61,723 bases of DNA, filler included, from 6 parts of 6 records of this genome joined end to end with filler, not necessarily neighbours in it; one strand, 5' to 3'. Shown: positions 1-10,987, numbered from the whole stretch's first letter. The notes: a model not told the origin generated them from the letters alone. Numbers and translations are program-made.

Positions 1-74
1 TGAAGATAAAACGTTTTCACCTTAGTTTGCCGCGTAGGCAAGGTTTTAAAATATAAATAACGGAGGAAAATTTA

Positions 75-1376
75 ATGACATATACAACACAGATGGATGC
101 AGCCAGAAAAGGTATTTTAACAAAAGAGATGGAAGATGTACTAAGAGATGAGGTTATTACAAAAGAAGAGTTAATGGAAAAAATTGCATGTGGTAAAATC
201 GTTATCCCTGCAAATAAAAACCATAAGAACCTAAGAGGAATTGCAATAGGTGAAGGGCTTAAAACGAAAGTTAATGTTAATCTGGGTGTATCAGAAGATG
301 CATGTAATCCTGAAGGAGAGCTTGAAAAAGCTAAGATGGCTATTGAAATGAAAGCTGACGCTATTATGGATTTAAGTACTTTTGGTGATACAGCAAAACA
401 CAGAAAAAAATTAGTTGAAGATATTCCTGTAATGCTTGGAACTGTACCAATGTATGATGCTGTTGCAAAGTATGGTAAAAATATCGGAGACATGACCGTA
501 GAAGATCTATTCGAAGTTGTAGAACAACACGCACAAGAGGGAATTGATTTCTTAACTATTCACGCGGGATTCACTAGAGTAGCTGCTGAAAGAGTTGATA
601 AAAATCCTAGACTTACTCATATTGTAAGTAGAGGTGGATCTATTTTATATGAGTGGATGAAACTTAATAACAAAGAAAATCCTTTCTACGAGTATTATGA
701 CAGACTTCTTGATATATGTGTAAAATACGATGTTACTTTAAGTCTTGGAGATGGGCTTAGACCTGGAAGTATAAAAGATTCAACTGATGCACCTCAAATT
801 CAAGAGTTAATTTTATTAGGTGAGCTTACTAAAGAAGCATGGAAAAAAAATGTACAAGTTATGATCGAAGGACCGGGACATGTTCCTTTACATGAAATCG
901 TAACTAATATGCAAATCCAAAAGAAACTATGTCACGGAGCGCCTTTCTACGTTCTTGGACCAATTGTAACTGACGTTGCTCCTGGATATGATCATATTAC
1001 ATCTGCTATTGGTGGAACTTTAGCTGCTGCTAATGGTGCTGACTTCTTATGTTACGTTACACCTGCTGAGCACCTAAGATTACCTGATATTGACGATATG
1101 AAAGAGGGACTAATGGCTTCGAGAATCGCTGCACATGCTGCTGATATTGCAAAAGGTGTAAAAGGAGCTATTGAATGGGATAATAAAATGAGTGAAGCTA
1201 GAGGAAACCTTGACTGGAAAACAATGTTTGATCTATCAATAGACCCTGTAAAAGCAAGAGAGTACAGAGCTTCGTCTATGCCAATCGATGGTGAAGTATG
1301 TACAATGTGTGGAGATTTATGTCCTATTAAGAGAATGGGTGGAGGAGCATCTGCTCATAAGCAAACTGCACAATAA
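75..1376 (+). CDS. thiC: Phosphomethylpyrimidine synthase ThiC (short form)
   Basis: Motifs [39 protein letters not shown] and [11 protein letters not shown]-terminal CTMCGDLC (CX2CX4C Fe-S motif); SD GGAGG upstream. Confidence 0.92.
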   Translation: MTYTTQMDAARKGILTKEMEDVLRDEVITKEELMEKIACGKIVIPANKNHKNLRGIAIGEGLKTKVNVNLGVSEDACNPEGELEKAKMAIEMKADAIMDLSTFGDTAKHRKKLVEDIPVMLGTVPMYDAVAKYGKNIGDMTVEDLFEVVEQHAQEGIDFLTIHAGFTRVAAERVDKNPRLTHIVSRGGSILYEWMKLNNKENPFYEYYDRLLDICVKYDVTLSLGDGLRPGSIKDSTDAPQIQELILLGELTKEAWKKNVQVMIEGPGHVPLHEIVTNMQIQKKLCHGAPFYVLGPIVTDVAPGYDHITSAIGGTLAAANGADFLCYVTPAEHLRLPDIDDMKEGLMASRIAAHAADIAKGVKGAIEWDNKMSEARGNLDWKTMFDLSIDPVKAREYRASSMPIDGEVCTMCGDLCPIKRMGGGASAHKQTAQ

Positions 1377-1400
1377 AAATATATAGTGTCATTATCTCAA

Positions 1401-1432
1401 AAGAAGCGACTAATTAATGTTAGTCGCTTCTT
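1401..1432. terminator. Bidirectional intrinsic terminator between convergent genes
   Basis: Perfect 13-bp stem AAGAAGCGACTAA/TTAGTCGCTTCTT with a 6-nt loop. Confidence 0.8.
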
Positions 1433-1444
1433 TCTCTGTTTTAT

Positions 1445-1885
1445 TTACGAAACTCTTTTCTTTATTTCGTGATAAAGGGAGTCACTTCTCTTAATATATA
1501 ACAAATTAAACCACGGAACTAACATAAATATCGGACCAATTAGGATTCCCAGTGGTGCCATTGCAAATGTTATAAGTAATCCAAATAAAGTGGTAAATGC
1601 AAGAGACGCAAATATTATCTTCATTTGAAGTGGTTTTTCACTTATATTCCCAACTAAATAAATTTCACCATTTTCTTCAATTACGGAACCTGTAAATTGA
1701 AAAATTCCACTGCCTTTAGTTTTACTGCTCAAAACAAATTTACCATCATCAGTCATTATTCCACCTATTCCACGTGAATAAGTAGAGAAAATCCGTGATT
1801 CTCCATGATAATCCATGCAATTTTGTACACACTCTTCTACAGAGCTATACTTAGTTTTAATTTTTACATTTTCTCTATATGCCAT
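1445..1885 (-). CDS. Hypothetical membrane protein (two C-terminal TM helices)
   Basis: 146-aa ORF with SD-like AAGGGGG upstream and a hydrophobic C-terminal hairpin. Confidence 0.65.
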   Translation of the reverse strand: MAYRENVKIKTKYSSVEECVQNCMDYHGESRIFSTYSRGIGGIMTDDGKFVLSSKTKGSGIFQFTGSVIEENGEIYLVGNISEKPLQMKIIFASLAFTTLFGLLITFAMAPLGILIGPIFMLVPWFNLLYIKRSDSLYHEIKKRVS

Positions 1886-1905
1886 AATTTGGGCCCCCTT
1901 ACGAA

Positions 1906-2292
1906 TTAACTCTCACACAATTCCAATGGCAAATTATCTGGATCTTTAAAAAATGTATATTTTTTTCCTGTCAACTCATCTACACGAATATTTTCTACTT
2001 CAACACCATTTGATACAAGATATTCAGTAGATTCTTCAACAGAGTCAACTGAAAAAGCTAAATGCCGTAAACCAAGTGCCTCAGGATTATTTACACGTTT
2101 TGGCGGATTAGGAAATGAGAATAGCTCAATTTGAGTTCCATCAGCTAAAGCCAAATCTAACTTATATGAGTCTCTTTTTTCTCTATAAGTTTCAGCTATT
2201 GTTTCCAGTCCCAAAATCTCAGTATAAAATTTCTTTGATTTCTCATAATTTGAGCATATTATAGCAATGTGGTGAGTTCCTTTTAATTTCAT
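1906..2292 (-). CDS. VOC/glyoxalase family protein (YaeR-like)
   Basis: Motifs HHIAIICS, IELFSFP, GLRHLAF and FFKDPDNLPLEL. Confidence 0.9.
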   Translation of the reverse strand: MKLKGTHHIAIICSNYEKSKKFYTEILGLETIAETYREKRDSYKLDLALADGTQIELFSFPNPPKRVNNPEALGLRHLAFSVDSVEESTEYLVSNGVEVENIRVDELTGKKYTFFKDPDNLPLELCES

Positions 2293-2410
2293 ATAATTTT
2301 TCCTCTCTATCTGTTTTATTTATTATAATAGATAAATAAGAAGCTTTCCACTCTAATTCACGGGTAAAAAATATAAACCATCAGTTAATCTTTTTAATTT
2401 ATTCGCTAAC

Positions 2411-2560
2411 TTATTCTTTCAAGTTACTTTGTTCCTCTTTTTCTCTTTTTTCTATCACAATTTGCTTTTGCTGATTTTTTGCAATAAGTGATTGAGAAAC
2501 TAAATAATCATTAAACATTAATAACGAAATTAACTCTTTTCCTTCGATTTCTTTTTTCAT
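2411..2560 (-). CDS. Small hypothetical protein (49 aa), not in the ORF track
   Basis: Hand translation MKKEIEGKELISLLMFNDYLVSQSLIAKNQQKQIVIEKREKEEQSNLKE*; SD GAGGGGG before the ATG; co-oriented with its neighbours. Confidence 0.5.
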   Translation of the reverse strand: MKKEIEGKELISLLMFNDYLVSQSLIAKNQQKQIVIEKREKEEQSNLKE

Positions 2561-2596
2561 CGTGGCCCCCTCTATTGAGTATTCTTAATCAAATAA

Positions 2597-2950
2597 TCAC
2601 TTATCATGATTAAAAAATTCAGCCAAATATGCAAATATATAGCCATATAAGATTGTTATTAATGCAACTGCCATTTTTGATGCTTGTTTTGCGATATCTG
2701 TATCAAAAACACCTAAAACAAGTATAAGACCAATTAAAAAACCAAGCCATCCGGCAAAGATTACATTTTTTTTAATGCTCATTATTAAATCATTTCTAGT
2801 AAAATCTTCCTTATACTCAATTAATGTAATACTTCCTCCAATAAGAGTAACAAATAGAAATGAAGGAGCATCTAAAAAAGGTTTCAAGTTAAAACCAATT
2901 GCAATGGTAATTCCTAAACTAAATAAAATTAATCCAATTATTCTTTTCAT
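2597..2950 (-). CDS. Miniature MotA/TolQ/ExbB-like membrane protein
   Basis: FLDAPSFLFV..GG, GWLGFLIGLILVL and MAVALITILYG resemble the TM segments of MotA/PomA; no large cytoplasmic domain; SD AGGAGG. Confidence 0.6.
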   Translation of the reverse strand: MKRIIGLILFSLGITIAIGFNLKPFLDAPSFLFVTLIGGSITLIEYKEDFTRNDLIMSIKKNVIFAGWLGFLIGLILVLGVFDTDIAKQASKMAVALITILYGYIFAYLAEFFNHDK

Positions 2951-3070
2951 TTATTTTCCTCCTGCTAAATATTCTTTTTTGATATTAGAATTCTAAATCT
3001 ATTACAATCATACTCCTCTAATGTTATAATTCCTATTCCGAAAACGGGTAATTTTATAAAAAAAGAAAGA

Positions 3071-3086
3071 TACTACTAAAGTAGTA
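3071..3086. promoter_or_regulatory. 7-2-7 inverted repeat, putative LuxR/NarL-family operator
   Basis: Perfect TACTACT-AA-AGTAGTA between the LuxR gene end and the promoter region of 2597..2950. Confidence 0.6.
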
Positions 3087-3117
3087 CCTTTTTTTATTCA
3101 ATAAAATCAATATGTTA

Positions 3118-3675
3118 TTAGTGTTGCGTTATTTTATAAATCAATTCAATTTTATTTTTCACACTAGCTTTTGAATAAATATTCGAAATATGTTTCTTTA
3201 CAGTATTTTCAGAAATAAATAATTCAACTGCAATCTCTTTATATTTAAAACCTTTTATTAGATACTGTATCAATTCTTTTTCTCTTTCCGTAAAGTTAAA
3301 CCTATCTAGTTTAACTTGAGTCGAGATATCATTTTCAGAAATATATTTTCTCTTCATAATGAACTGTATTAGATATGATAATAGTATGAATATAGAAATA
3401 TTAATCATATTATATAGTGTATAATCAAATTCTGTAGACATAAGTATCAATTCTATAGAGGCTATAATCCATGTTGCAATAACAATATTGTCAATGAAAA
3501 AAGAAAGCGCTTCTTTAGATAATAATTTTTTGTAAACTCCTCTAAACAGTACCAATGATGCAAACAATAAAAACAGTAATATCTCTAGTTTAAGAAGCAA
3601 AAATAACTGTAAAGTAAAAATCAACGTAAAAAACAAAATTGCAAAACCGATTGCTTTAAGTAAATATTCTTTCAT
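3118..3675 (-). CDS. Membrane-anchored LuxR-type HTH transcriptional regulator
   Basis: About four N-terminal TM helices, then FTEREKELIQYLIKGFKYKEIAVELFISENTVKKHISNIYSK (GerE/LuxR HTH). Confidence 0.88.
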   Translation of the reverse strand: MKEYLLKAIGFAILFFTLIFTLQLFLLLKLEILLFLLFASLVLFRGVYKKLLSKEALSFFIDNIVIATWIIASIELILMSTEFDYTLYNMINISIFILLSYLIQFIMKRKYISENDISTQVKLDRFNFTEREKELIQYLIKGFKYKEIAVELFISENTVKKHISNIYSKASVKNKIELIYKITQH

Positions 3676-3691
3676 TTTTCACCTTTCTAAA

Positions 3692-4447
3692 TTATGAATA
3701 ATTTTCTATCAGGAAATCTATCCATTCATTATATATTTTTTCAAAACTCTTATGAAATATTTTTTCATAATCCTCGTTTGCAGATAACTCTAATACAGAG
3801 TCCCAACCATAATTTTTATCAACAAATTCAATAAAGGTATATGAAAATGTATAACCACCTGTATTTCCAAACTTTAATTGATTTTTAATACAAAAGTAAT
3901 CCATATCAGGCGCTATAAAATCAAGTGACTTAAAAAAATCTTTTCTTGGACTTGGATGTGACAGATATTCCGCTATACCATTATCGAGAAAATATGATAA
4001 ATTTGGATTCTTGAGGTAGTTCATAGCATGTACAATTTCATGATTTGCTGCACCTAATAGACTCTCTTTACTATGAGGGCTTGTTTGAATATTCGGTGAA
4101 ACAATCAATGCTTTATCTCCTTTATTATCACCAATATACCAATCTATGTTAAAAAGAAGCGTGCAGTATCCAAGTTTCCTTATCTGAAAGTCCTTTTGAG
4201 TTGAATAGCAATATACTTCTATTTGTCCCTCTGTATAACATTCTAATTTATCTCTTAATCTATCAAACGAACTATTAATTGTATTAAATACTTCTTCTGC
4301 TCCGGCTTTATCATCTATATCGTAATGTAAAATAATATTTTGATTTTCTATTACCCCCATTTTTATATTTTTTAGAAAAAATACTGGGAGAGATTGCAGT
4401 GTTATTATAAAAAATAAAAATATCATTAAACTTATAAATTTCCTCAT
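3692..4447 (-). CDS. Exported peptidase MA-like (HEXXH) protein
   Basis: N-terminal signal/anchor; HEIVH followed by LDNGIAEY. Confidence 0.7.
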   Translation of the reverse strand: MRKFISLMIFLFFIITLQSLPVFFLKNIKMGVIENQNIILHYDIDDKAGAEEVFNTINSSFDRLRDKLECYTEGQIEVYCYSTQKDFQIRKLGYCTLLFNIDWYIGDNKGDKALIVSPNIQTSPHSKESLLGAANHEIVHAMNYLKNPNLSYFLDNGIAEYLSHPSPRKDFFKSLDFIAPDMDYFCIKNQLKFGNTGGYTFSYTFIEFVDKNYGWDSVLELSANEDYEKIFHKSFEKIYNEWIDFLIENYS

Positions 4448-4631
4448 TCTCTTTCCCCCGTGTAGTTTTTAAAGTTAAAAAACTCCAAGCATAATTCAAG
4501 TAAAACGCAATTATCAACTCTGTACTTAATTTCACATAACTTGTTTCGTATTAATTAAGCTCTATTTTATACAATATATAAATTCTTTAGTTTCTTCTTT
4601 CCATAAATTCATTTTAAAATCTCTAAGTTAA

Positions 4632-5387
4632 CTATTTTATCTCCTGATTATTGACAACATCATCATATTTTAACTTTCCACCAAATATATCAAGTGCACT
4701 TCCAACTGTAAAATGGATATTTCCATTTCCAAGTCTATTTATTTTTTTTATATCATCAAAAGATTTAATTCCACCGGCATATGTAACAGGTATTGAGCAA
4801 AACTTAGAAAGCATCTCAACAAGTTCTTCCTCAATTCCTTGCTGCATCCCTTCTACATCCACTCCATGTACAAGAAATTCATCACAATATTCTTCAAGAA
4901 GTTTTATATTTTTTTCATTCACTTCAAAATCAGTAAATTTTTGCCATCTATCAGTAACTACAAAATATTTTCCATCTTTTTTTCTACAACTAAGATCAAT
5001 TACAAGTTTTTCTTTTGTCGTTGATTTAACTAATTTATCTAAATTTTCAAAATTTATCTTTCCATCTTTAAAAACATATGATGTAACTATTACATGGCTC
5101 GCTCCGTTATCAAGATATTTTGATGCATTCTCAGCTGTAATTCCTCCACCTATCTGTAATCCTCCAGGATAAGCTTTTAATGCCTCTAACGCTACCTCTT
5201 CATTTCCCTTTCCAAGCATAATAACATGCCCACCAGTAAGTTTATCTTTTTTAAAAAGTTCTGCGTAAAATGAAGTGTTTTTTTCAGAAACAAAATTCTC
5301 TACTGTATCTTCTCCTGAGTCAGTTAAGGTTCCTCCAACAATTTGTTTTACTTTTCCACTATGAATATCTATACAAGGTCTAAACAT
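4632..5387 (-). CDS. hisA: ProFAR isomerase, His6/eukaryote-type HisA
   Basis: [49 protein letters not shown] and TVGSALD are typical of the His6-like subfamily. Confidence 0.9.
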   Translation of the reverse strand: MFRPCIDIHSGKVKQIVGGTLTDSGEDTVENFVSEKNTSFYAELFKKDKLTGGHVIMLGKGNEEVALEALKAYPGGLQIGGGITAENASKYLDNGASHVIVTSYVFKDGKINFENLDKLVKSTTKEKLVIDLSCRKKDGKYFVVTDRWQKFTDFEVNEKNIKLLEEYCDEFLVHGVDVEGMQQGIEEELVEMLSKFCSIPVTYAGGIKSFDDIKKINRLGNGNIHFTVGSALDIFGGKLKYDDVVNNQEIK

Positions 5388-5502
5388 ATATTTTCCTTTC
5401 TTAATAAGCTTATTTTTGATCTGTTATATTGTAAACTTTCTTTTAAAAAAAAGCAATAGATAAGAGATCTATAAAAATTGGATGCCAATAAGCATCCAGT
5501 TT

Positions 5503-6018
5503 TTATAAGTAATAATTCATAACAATTATTCTATTATATTTCTCTCCAAATTTAATTGGCTCGATTATTTTTATTTTTTCATAACCTATTTTACTCCAAA
5601 ATTTCAATGCTAAGTGATTATCTTCAACTACACCAATTCTTAGTTTTTTTGCCCCATGCTTCTTTGAGAAAGTTATTATTTCATTATGAATAGTTTTTCC
5701 TAAGCCACTTTTTCTATATTTGGGATTGATCAACAATAACCCAATTATCCATTCTTCAGAGACAGGGTAATCACGAACTAAGTCAACAGCAGCTATTAGT
5801 TTATTTGCATCAAATACTCCAAACAGAAATTTCTCTTCTTGAATTTTACCTGGTGGTAAGTCATTAAAAAATTCATCTGTATTAACATTTGTTTTTCCCT
5901 CTGTTAATATAAAATAATCTTCACATGCAGTAAAAAGTTGTATTACACTCTTTTTTTCCGTTGAATCAATTTTTTTAATTACATATTCTATATTATCTAA
6001 AAAAATTACTTTTCTCAC
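5503..6018 (-). CDS. GNAT family N-acetyltransferase
   Basis: Acetyl-CoA motif YRKSGLGK; N..ALKFWSKIGY. Confidence 0.85.
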   Translation of the reverse strand: MRKVIFLDNIEYVIKKIDSTEKKSVIQLFTACEDYFILTEGKTNVNTDEFFNDLPPGKIQEEKFLFGVFDANKLIAAVDLVRDYPVSEEWIIGLLLINPKYRKSGLGKTIHNEIITFSKKHGAKKLRIGVVEDNHLALKFWSKIGYEKIKIIEPIKFGEKYNRIIVMNYYL

Positions 6019-6821
6019 TTCACTTTATCCTTTTTAGCCATTACCCAGTTATCAATCGATTCAAAACCTAACTTATGATAAACACTACCGGCTTTTGGAT
6101 TATCATAAAATAAGCACAGTGTTTTTCCTTCATCAAGAGTATCAGAGCAAAGCTTCGATAAACACTCAGTCATATATCCCTTACCTCTTTCAGATTTTTT
6201 CGTTGCTACTCCTACAACCATTGCTGATTTTGAATTTTCAGCTACAGTTTGACTTACTGAGATTATTTGATTCTCAGAATTTTCCATGAAGTATATTTTT
6301 CCCGTTTTAGTTTCCAGAACATGTTCTAATCTTTCAGGTTTTGAGCTCAGTCCAGCAAACTCATCGATTTCATTAATGAACTCTGACACAGCTTTGCAAT
6401 GTTTTTTCTCAGCTCTAACTATTTCAGATGTTCCAAATTTTAAATTTAGTTTATCTTTCAATTCACAAAAGAACATTTTACTTCTTTTGTAGTCAGGTAA
6501 GATGTCATTTAGTTTATTAATTACTTCTTCTTTTCCTGATAAAATTAATTCTTCATTATAGCTATTGATAATTTTTTTAAATTCAGATGTGTCAAATTCA
6601 TCATGTTTCCAATAAGGAATAAAACTTTCATTATATCTTAATAAAACTCCTTCTAAACTATTATCAGAGTTATATTGTCCCCATAACTCTTGAAACTCAG
6701 AATCAAAACCAAAAGCTTCAATATCACCGATAATAAATAGATTAATTGCTGGTTCCTCAGCTAAAAAATTTAGTGTATTTTCTCTATCTTGTTCAGTTAA
6801 TTTTCTAATCATTAATATCAA
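6015..6821 (-). CDS. GNAT family N-acetyltransferase (C-terminal GNAT domain)
   Basis: VVGVAT..SERGKGY and LFYDNPKAGSVYHKLGF; overlaps the next gene by 4 nt. Confidence 0.85.
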   Translation of the reverse strand: MILMIRKLTEQDRENTLNFLAEEPAINLFIIGDIEAFGFDSEFQELWGQYNSDNSLEGVLLRYNESFIPYWKHDEFDTSEFKKIINSYNEELILSGKEEVINKLNDILPDYKRSKMFFCELKDKLNLKFGTSEIVRAEKKHCKAVSEFINEIDEFAGLSSKPERLEHVLETKTGKIYFMENSENQIISVSQTVAENSKSAMVVGVATKKSERGKGYMTECLSKLCSDTLDEGKTLCLFYDNPKAGSVYHKLGFESIDNWVMAKKDKVK

Positions 6822-6828
6822 CTCCGTT

Positions 6829-7191
6829 TTAATCTATTGTTGCTCCGAATGGAATAAACCCTAATTTCGCAAATTTAAAATGTTGTAATCCAAAAGGTAT
6901 TCCAATAATTGTTAAACATAAAGTAATTCCAGTAAAAATATGTGCAATAGCAAATTCCCAGCCAAAGAAAACTATCCAAATAATATTAAACAGAAGGCCT
7001 CCCGCGCCAAAATTTCCTATTCGTATATCTCTTCCAAATGGAGATAATAAAAATATTGCTATTTTAAAGCACTGAATTCCAAAAGGTATTCCTATAAACG
7101 TCAGACAAAGAATTAATCCGGCAAATGCCCAAGCAATAGCCATTAATAAGCCACCAAAAATTAACCACAATATATTTCCTAATAAACTCAT
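6829..7191 (-). CDS. YccF-domain inner membrane protein
   Basis: Duplicated GNILW..FGG ... LCLT.IGIPFG.Q.FK.A ... PFG repeat. Confidence 0.9.
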   Translation of the reverse strand: MSLLGNILWLIFGGLLMAIAWAFAGLILCLTFIGIPFGIQCFKIAIFLLSPFGRDIRIGNFGAGGLLFNIIWIVFFGWEFAIAHIFTGITLCLTIIGIPFGLQHFKFAKLGFIPFGATID

Positions 7192-7334
7192 TTTTTCCCC
7201 TCCCGATATTTTATCAATTCACAGTAATTTTACAGTTAACGTCTTATAAATTACTTAAAGTCAAATTACACACTTTGTTAACTTGGATAATTATAACATA
7301 TCATTTTTGAGAAAAAAAGAACTTTATTTTTAAA

Positions 7335-7817
7335 TTAATCAAATAGAAGCTCAAATTCTAATTCATGCATAATAGGAATATTATTATAACCAAATAAAGG
7401 TATTTCGGGTTTTATTTTCCGTGATTCTTCAATTTGATTTCTATTAAATTTACACATATTAAAGCCTAATTTTTGATAATAAGTAATTGCATGAGTATTG
7501 TCGTTAGTTGTAACCGCGCAAATTCTTCTTATCTCCTTCTCTTTCGCAACATCTACTACTTTATCAATAAGTGAAGTTGCAACGCCCTGCCCTTCGAAGA
7601 AACTATTAAGTGATACTATTTCACACTCCTCACGTTTCATGTCAAAAGTGATTATTCCCTTAATATTATTATTTAATTCTGCTACAAATCCCTTTAAATC
7701 TTTTATCTTATGAACTTTTCCTCTTGAAACAATAGTTGATGAAAACCAATTTTTTTCAACTATTTTATGAATGTCAACTTCCTTATACTCTTCAATAGCC
7801 TTTATTTGAATCATCAT
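7335..7817 (-). CDS. GNAT family N-acetyltransferase
   Basis: EGQGVAT and TTNDNTHAITYYQKLGF; start moved to the ATG at 7817, after SD AGGGG. Confidence 0.85.
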   Translation of the reverse strand: MMIQIKAIEEYKEVDIHKIVEKNWFSSTIVSRGKVHKIKDLKGFVAELNNNIKGIITFDMKREECEIVSLNSFFEGQGVATSLIDKVVDVAKEKEIRRICAVTTNDNTHAITYYQKLGFNMCKFNRNQIEESRKIKPEIPLFGYNNIPIMHELEFELLFD

Positions 7818-8010
7818 TTCAGCCCCTTTTGATTTTTGATTATCATAAGTAATCATCGATGTAAGTGTTTATTTCCTTTAATTACTGATATTTCTAATAA
7901 AAAATTTATATCTCTTGATTCTAAAGTTATTTTAAAAAAAGTATTCAACATTTAGTTACAAGAGTTATTAGTTTTACACTTATTGCTCAATGTATTTTTT
8001 TAGTAAAAAC

Positions 8011-8742
8011 TCAAACTATTTTCATTATGTTAATAAATGAAATCAAAATTAAAAGCCCTAAAATTATATTTCTAAAATATTTTTCGTTTAATTTTTTAAC
8101 CATCTTAATTCCACTAAATGAACCTATTATCAATCCAAATAAAGCTAAAAAAGTAATTTTCATTACACTAAATGTTAAAAGATCATTTTTAACAAATACT
8201 ATAATAGTAATGAAATTAATAATTATTGCTGAAAAACAGATATTTGATCTAAATTCATCTTTTGAATAATTTTCATTCATTAAAAATAATACAACAGGAG
8301 GCCCACTCATAGATATACTTCCGTTCAATATTCCACTAAAGAAACCGCTTATGCTATATGAAAAAATCTCATTCTTGAATTTAATTTTCCTCCCACTTAT
8401 CATTAAAAATACTGTTATAATAATTACAGTATTTAGAACTAACTTTAGAGTCTCAGTACTTACACTTTTAAGCATTATTACACCAAAAGGTATTCCAATT
8501 ATTCCAAAAACTATCAGATACTTTATCCTTTTAAATCTAATTTTATCATAAGCAGAAGCTATTACTATTATATTGCTTATGTTACTAATTATTACAATTA
8601 ACGGAACTATCACTTGTAATGGTAAAATATTACTAAGTAAAGGAACAGCTATCAATGCAAATCCAAATCCTGCCGTTGATTGAATAAAAGAGGCCAAAAT
8701 AATTATCAAAGTTAAATAAAACAACATTTCATTATTGATCAT
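8011..8742 (-). CDS. Sulfite exporter TauE/SafE family membrane protein
   Basis: QSTAGFGFALIAVPLL and SGILNG..SMSGPPVV; multi-TM. Confidence 0.85.
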   Translation of the reverse strand: MINNEMLFYLTLIIILASFIQSTAGFGFALIAVPLLSNILPLQVIVPLIVIISNISNIIVIASAYDKIRFKRIKYLIVFGIIGIPFGVIMLKSVSTETLKLVLNTVIIITVFLMISGRKIKFKNEIFSYSISGFFSGILNGSISMSGPPVVLFLMNENYSKDEFRSNICFSAIIINFITIIVFVKNDLLTFSVMKITFLALFGLIIGSFSGIKMVKKLNEKYFRNIILGLLILISFINIMKIV

Positions 8743-9344
8743 AGAAAAACTCCTTTTGTTTTTTTAATTAACTATACTTTGATTTTAAAATTCAATCAAT
8801 ACAACTTTACCATCTTTAATTATGCTTAATTAACTTTGTACTTCCGAAACTAAGTTCTATCAAATATTTCTAAATATTTTCAAAACTTAATAAGACTTTA
8901 TTAACACCATTAACTATCTTTTGGAAATATTTTTTGTATTTTTATTAATAAATCTTTCTTTTTCACTCTCTGAACTTTTTCCGAACCCAGACAGATATTC
9001 CGTACAAAATACTAAATTATGACTAGCAGCTCCACAGTGATTTTTTAGTGATTTTTCACCATACACTTTTTTTCTTATCCAAATAATTAATTCCCTTTGT
9101 TTTCTTTTAAAAACTCGTAATTCATGAAACATTAAAAAGTTACTTTAAAATCATTTATAACCATACAAATCTTTTTACACACGAATATACTTACCCTAAA
9201 AATCGGATACCTTTTTACAGCTTACTTTTGTTTGCTTTCAGAATTTTTTTCTGGTTTTTGACATATTTTTTACATTCAGTTATTTTGTACATAAAAGCAT
9301 TTAACATTCACTGCTTTCCACTCTTATTTCAACAGAAATTGTTA

Positions 9345-9373
9345 TTGACACATAGTTTAAAAAATAATATAAT
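9345..9373 (+). promoter_or_regulatory. Consensus sigma70 promoter for the chemoreceptor gene
   Basis: TTGACA-N17-TATAAT. Confidence 0.7.
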
Positions 9374-9511
9374 TAGCATAAGGTGTATATAAAAGTAATT
9401 TTTTAGTAACTTTTTTTATTGTTTTACTACTTATCTTGTAAAGATTATAAAAAAGCCACATCTAAAAACAACAACACTTAGAATCACCGAATAATCACAG
9501 GAGGTAGAGAG

Positions 9512-10832
9512 ATGAAGTTAAAAGCTAAAATTTTATCGTTAAATCTTTCAAGTATAATAGCATTAGCTATATTAATTGCAGCAGTTAATGTATACTTTGC
9601 AGGAAAACAGATAAAAGAGATATCTTCAATGGCACGGGAAACCATTATCGCAGAAAAACAGGGTGAACTAAAACACCTGCTAGCAATCACAGAATCACTA
9701 ATTGACAGTATTTCTCATAGTCCGGAAGATGAGGAAACAAAGAAAGACCTAATACTTACAGAATTAGAAGCTCTTAGATACAGCGAGAGCGGATATTATT
9801 TCGGTTTTGATTTAAGTAGTTCTGATACAAAGTGGCTTTTCCACGGAGTTTCTACAGAGAGAAGAGGAACGAAAGCTGACCTAAATGCAACAACAGATGT
9901 TAATGGAAAAAAATTCGTTAAAGAGATGGTTGAAGGAGCTAAACAAAACGGTAATCAATTTGTCACTTATGTTTACAACAATCCTGCAACTGGAAACGAT
10001 GACGAAAAACTTGCTTACGCAATATACATAGCAGAGAAAGATTGGGTTATTGGTTCAGGTGTCTATATTCAAGATATCAATAAAAGTCTTAGTGTTTTAA
10101 GTGTTAGTTTAAAGAAAATGTTTGGATACAAAACCTTAATTACAAATATTATCTTTGTAGTAACTGCTATTATTCTAGCTTTTGTTTCAATAATATTTTC
10201 TAGTAAAATAACTAAACCAATTACAATTCTAAAAAATGGACTTGATAAAATCGCAGGCGGTGAATTAAATGTTGATATCACTGTTAAATCAAATGATGAA
10301 ATCGGTGAATTAAGTAATACTTTCTCTGATTTTGCAGGTAAATTACGTGAAACAATCTCTAATATCAAAATTATGTCTTCAGAAGTTGAAGATCAAAATA
10401 TGCAATTATTCAAAATTATGGAAAATATCGTTTATGGTGAAGATGCTAAAGTTTATAAACATGGTGAGGGTTTCCTTGAAAAAGGTATCATTCAGTTAAA
10501 TCACTCAATTACAGAAGTCCTTGATAATGTAAGAAACCAAACTGCATCTTCTGAAGAATCACTTGCTTCACTTGAGGAAATTTCAGCAACTAGTGATAAT
10601 ATGGCTGCCAGCACAAAAGAAGCCGCTGATGCATTTGACATTACTTCTGATCTAATTAGTAGAAACTTAGCTGATATTGAGAATATGAGTGAAGGAATGC
10701 AAAGTATCAATAACAGTGTTGCTCAAACAAATACTGAAATTGAGAAATTAAAAATATTATCAGTTGATATTGAAAATATCTTAACTGCAATTAATAGCAT
10801 TTCTGAACAAACTAATTTATTAGCACTAAATG
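9512..10832 (+). CDS. Methyl-accepting chemotaxis protein (Cache-HAMP-MA), 3'-truncated at contig end
   Basis: TM, single Cache-like domain (DVNGKKFV, DWVIGSGVYIQDI), TM, HAMP (SNDEIGEL), then signalling motif ISEQTNLLALN cut by the linker. Confidence 0.9.
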
Positions 10833-10932
10833 NNNNNNNNNNNNNNNNNNNNNNNNNNNNNNNNNNNNNNNNNNNNTTAATTAATTAANNNNNNNNNNNN
10901 NNNNNNNNNNNNNNNNNNNNNNNNNNNNNNNN
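10833..10932. other. Artificial contig linker
   Basis: N44-TTAATTAATTAA-N44 (stops in all six frames). Confidence 0.98.
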
Positions 10933-10987
10933 AATTTGTTTTGTAGGCGAAGCCCTTTTTTAGGTAAATGGATATAGATTTTTTATA

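Noticed and set aside
1-74. TPP riboswitch upstream of thiC
   Set aside because: Only a short TTGCC/GGCAA hairpin is present; the conserved CTGAGA and CCTGAT cores are absent and the region is truncated.
8914-9132. 72-aa ORF with NHC...HNLVFCTEY, faintly like an IS200 TnpA N-terminus
   Set aside because: No HUH motif, no clear RBS and no terminal hairpins; the similarity is too weak to call.
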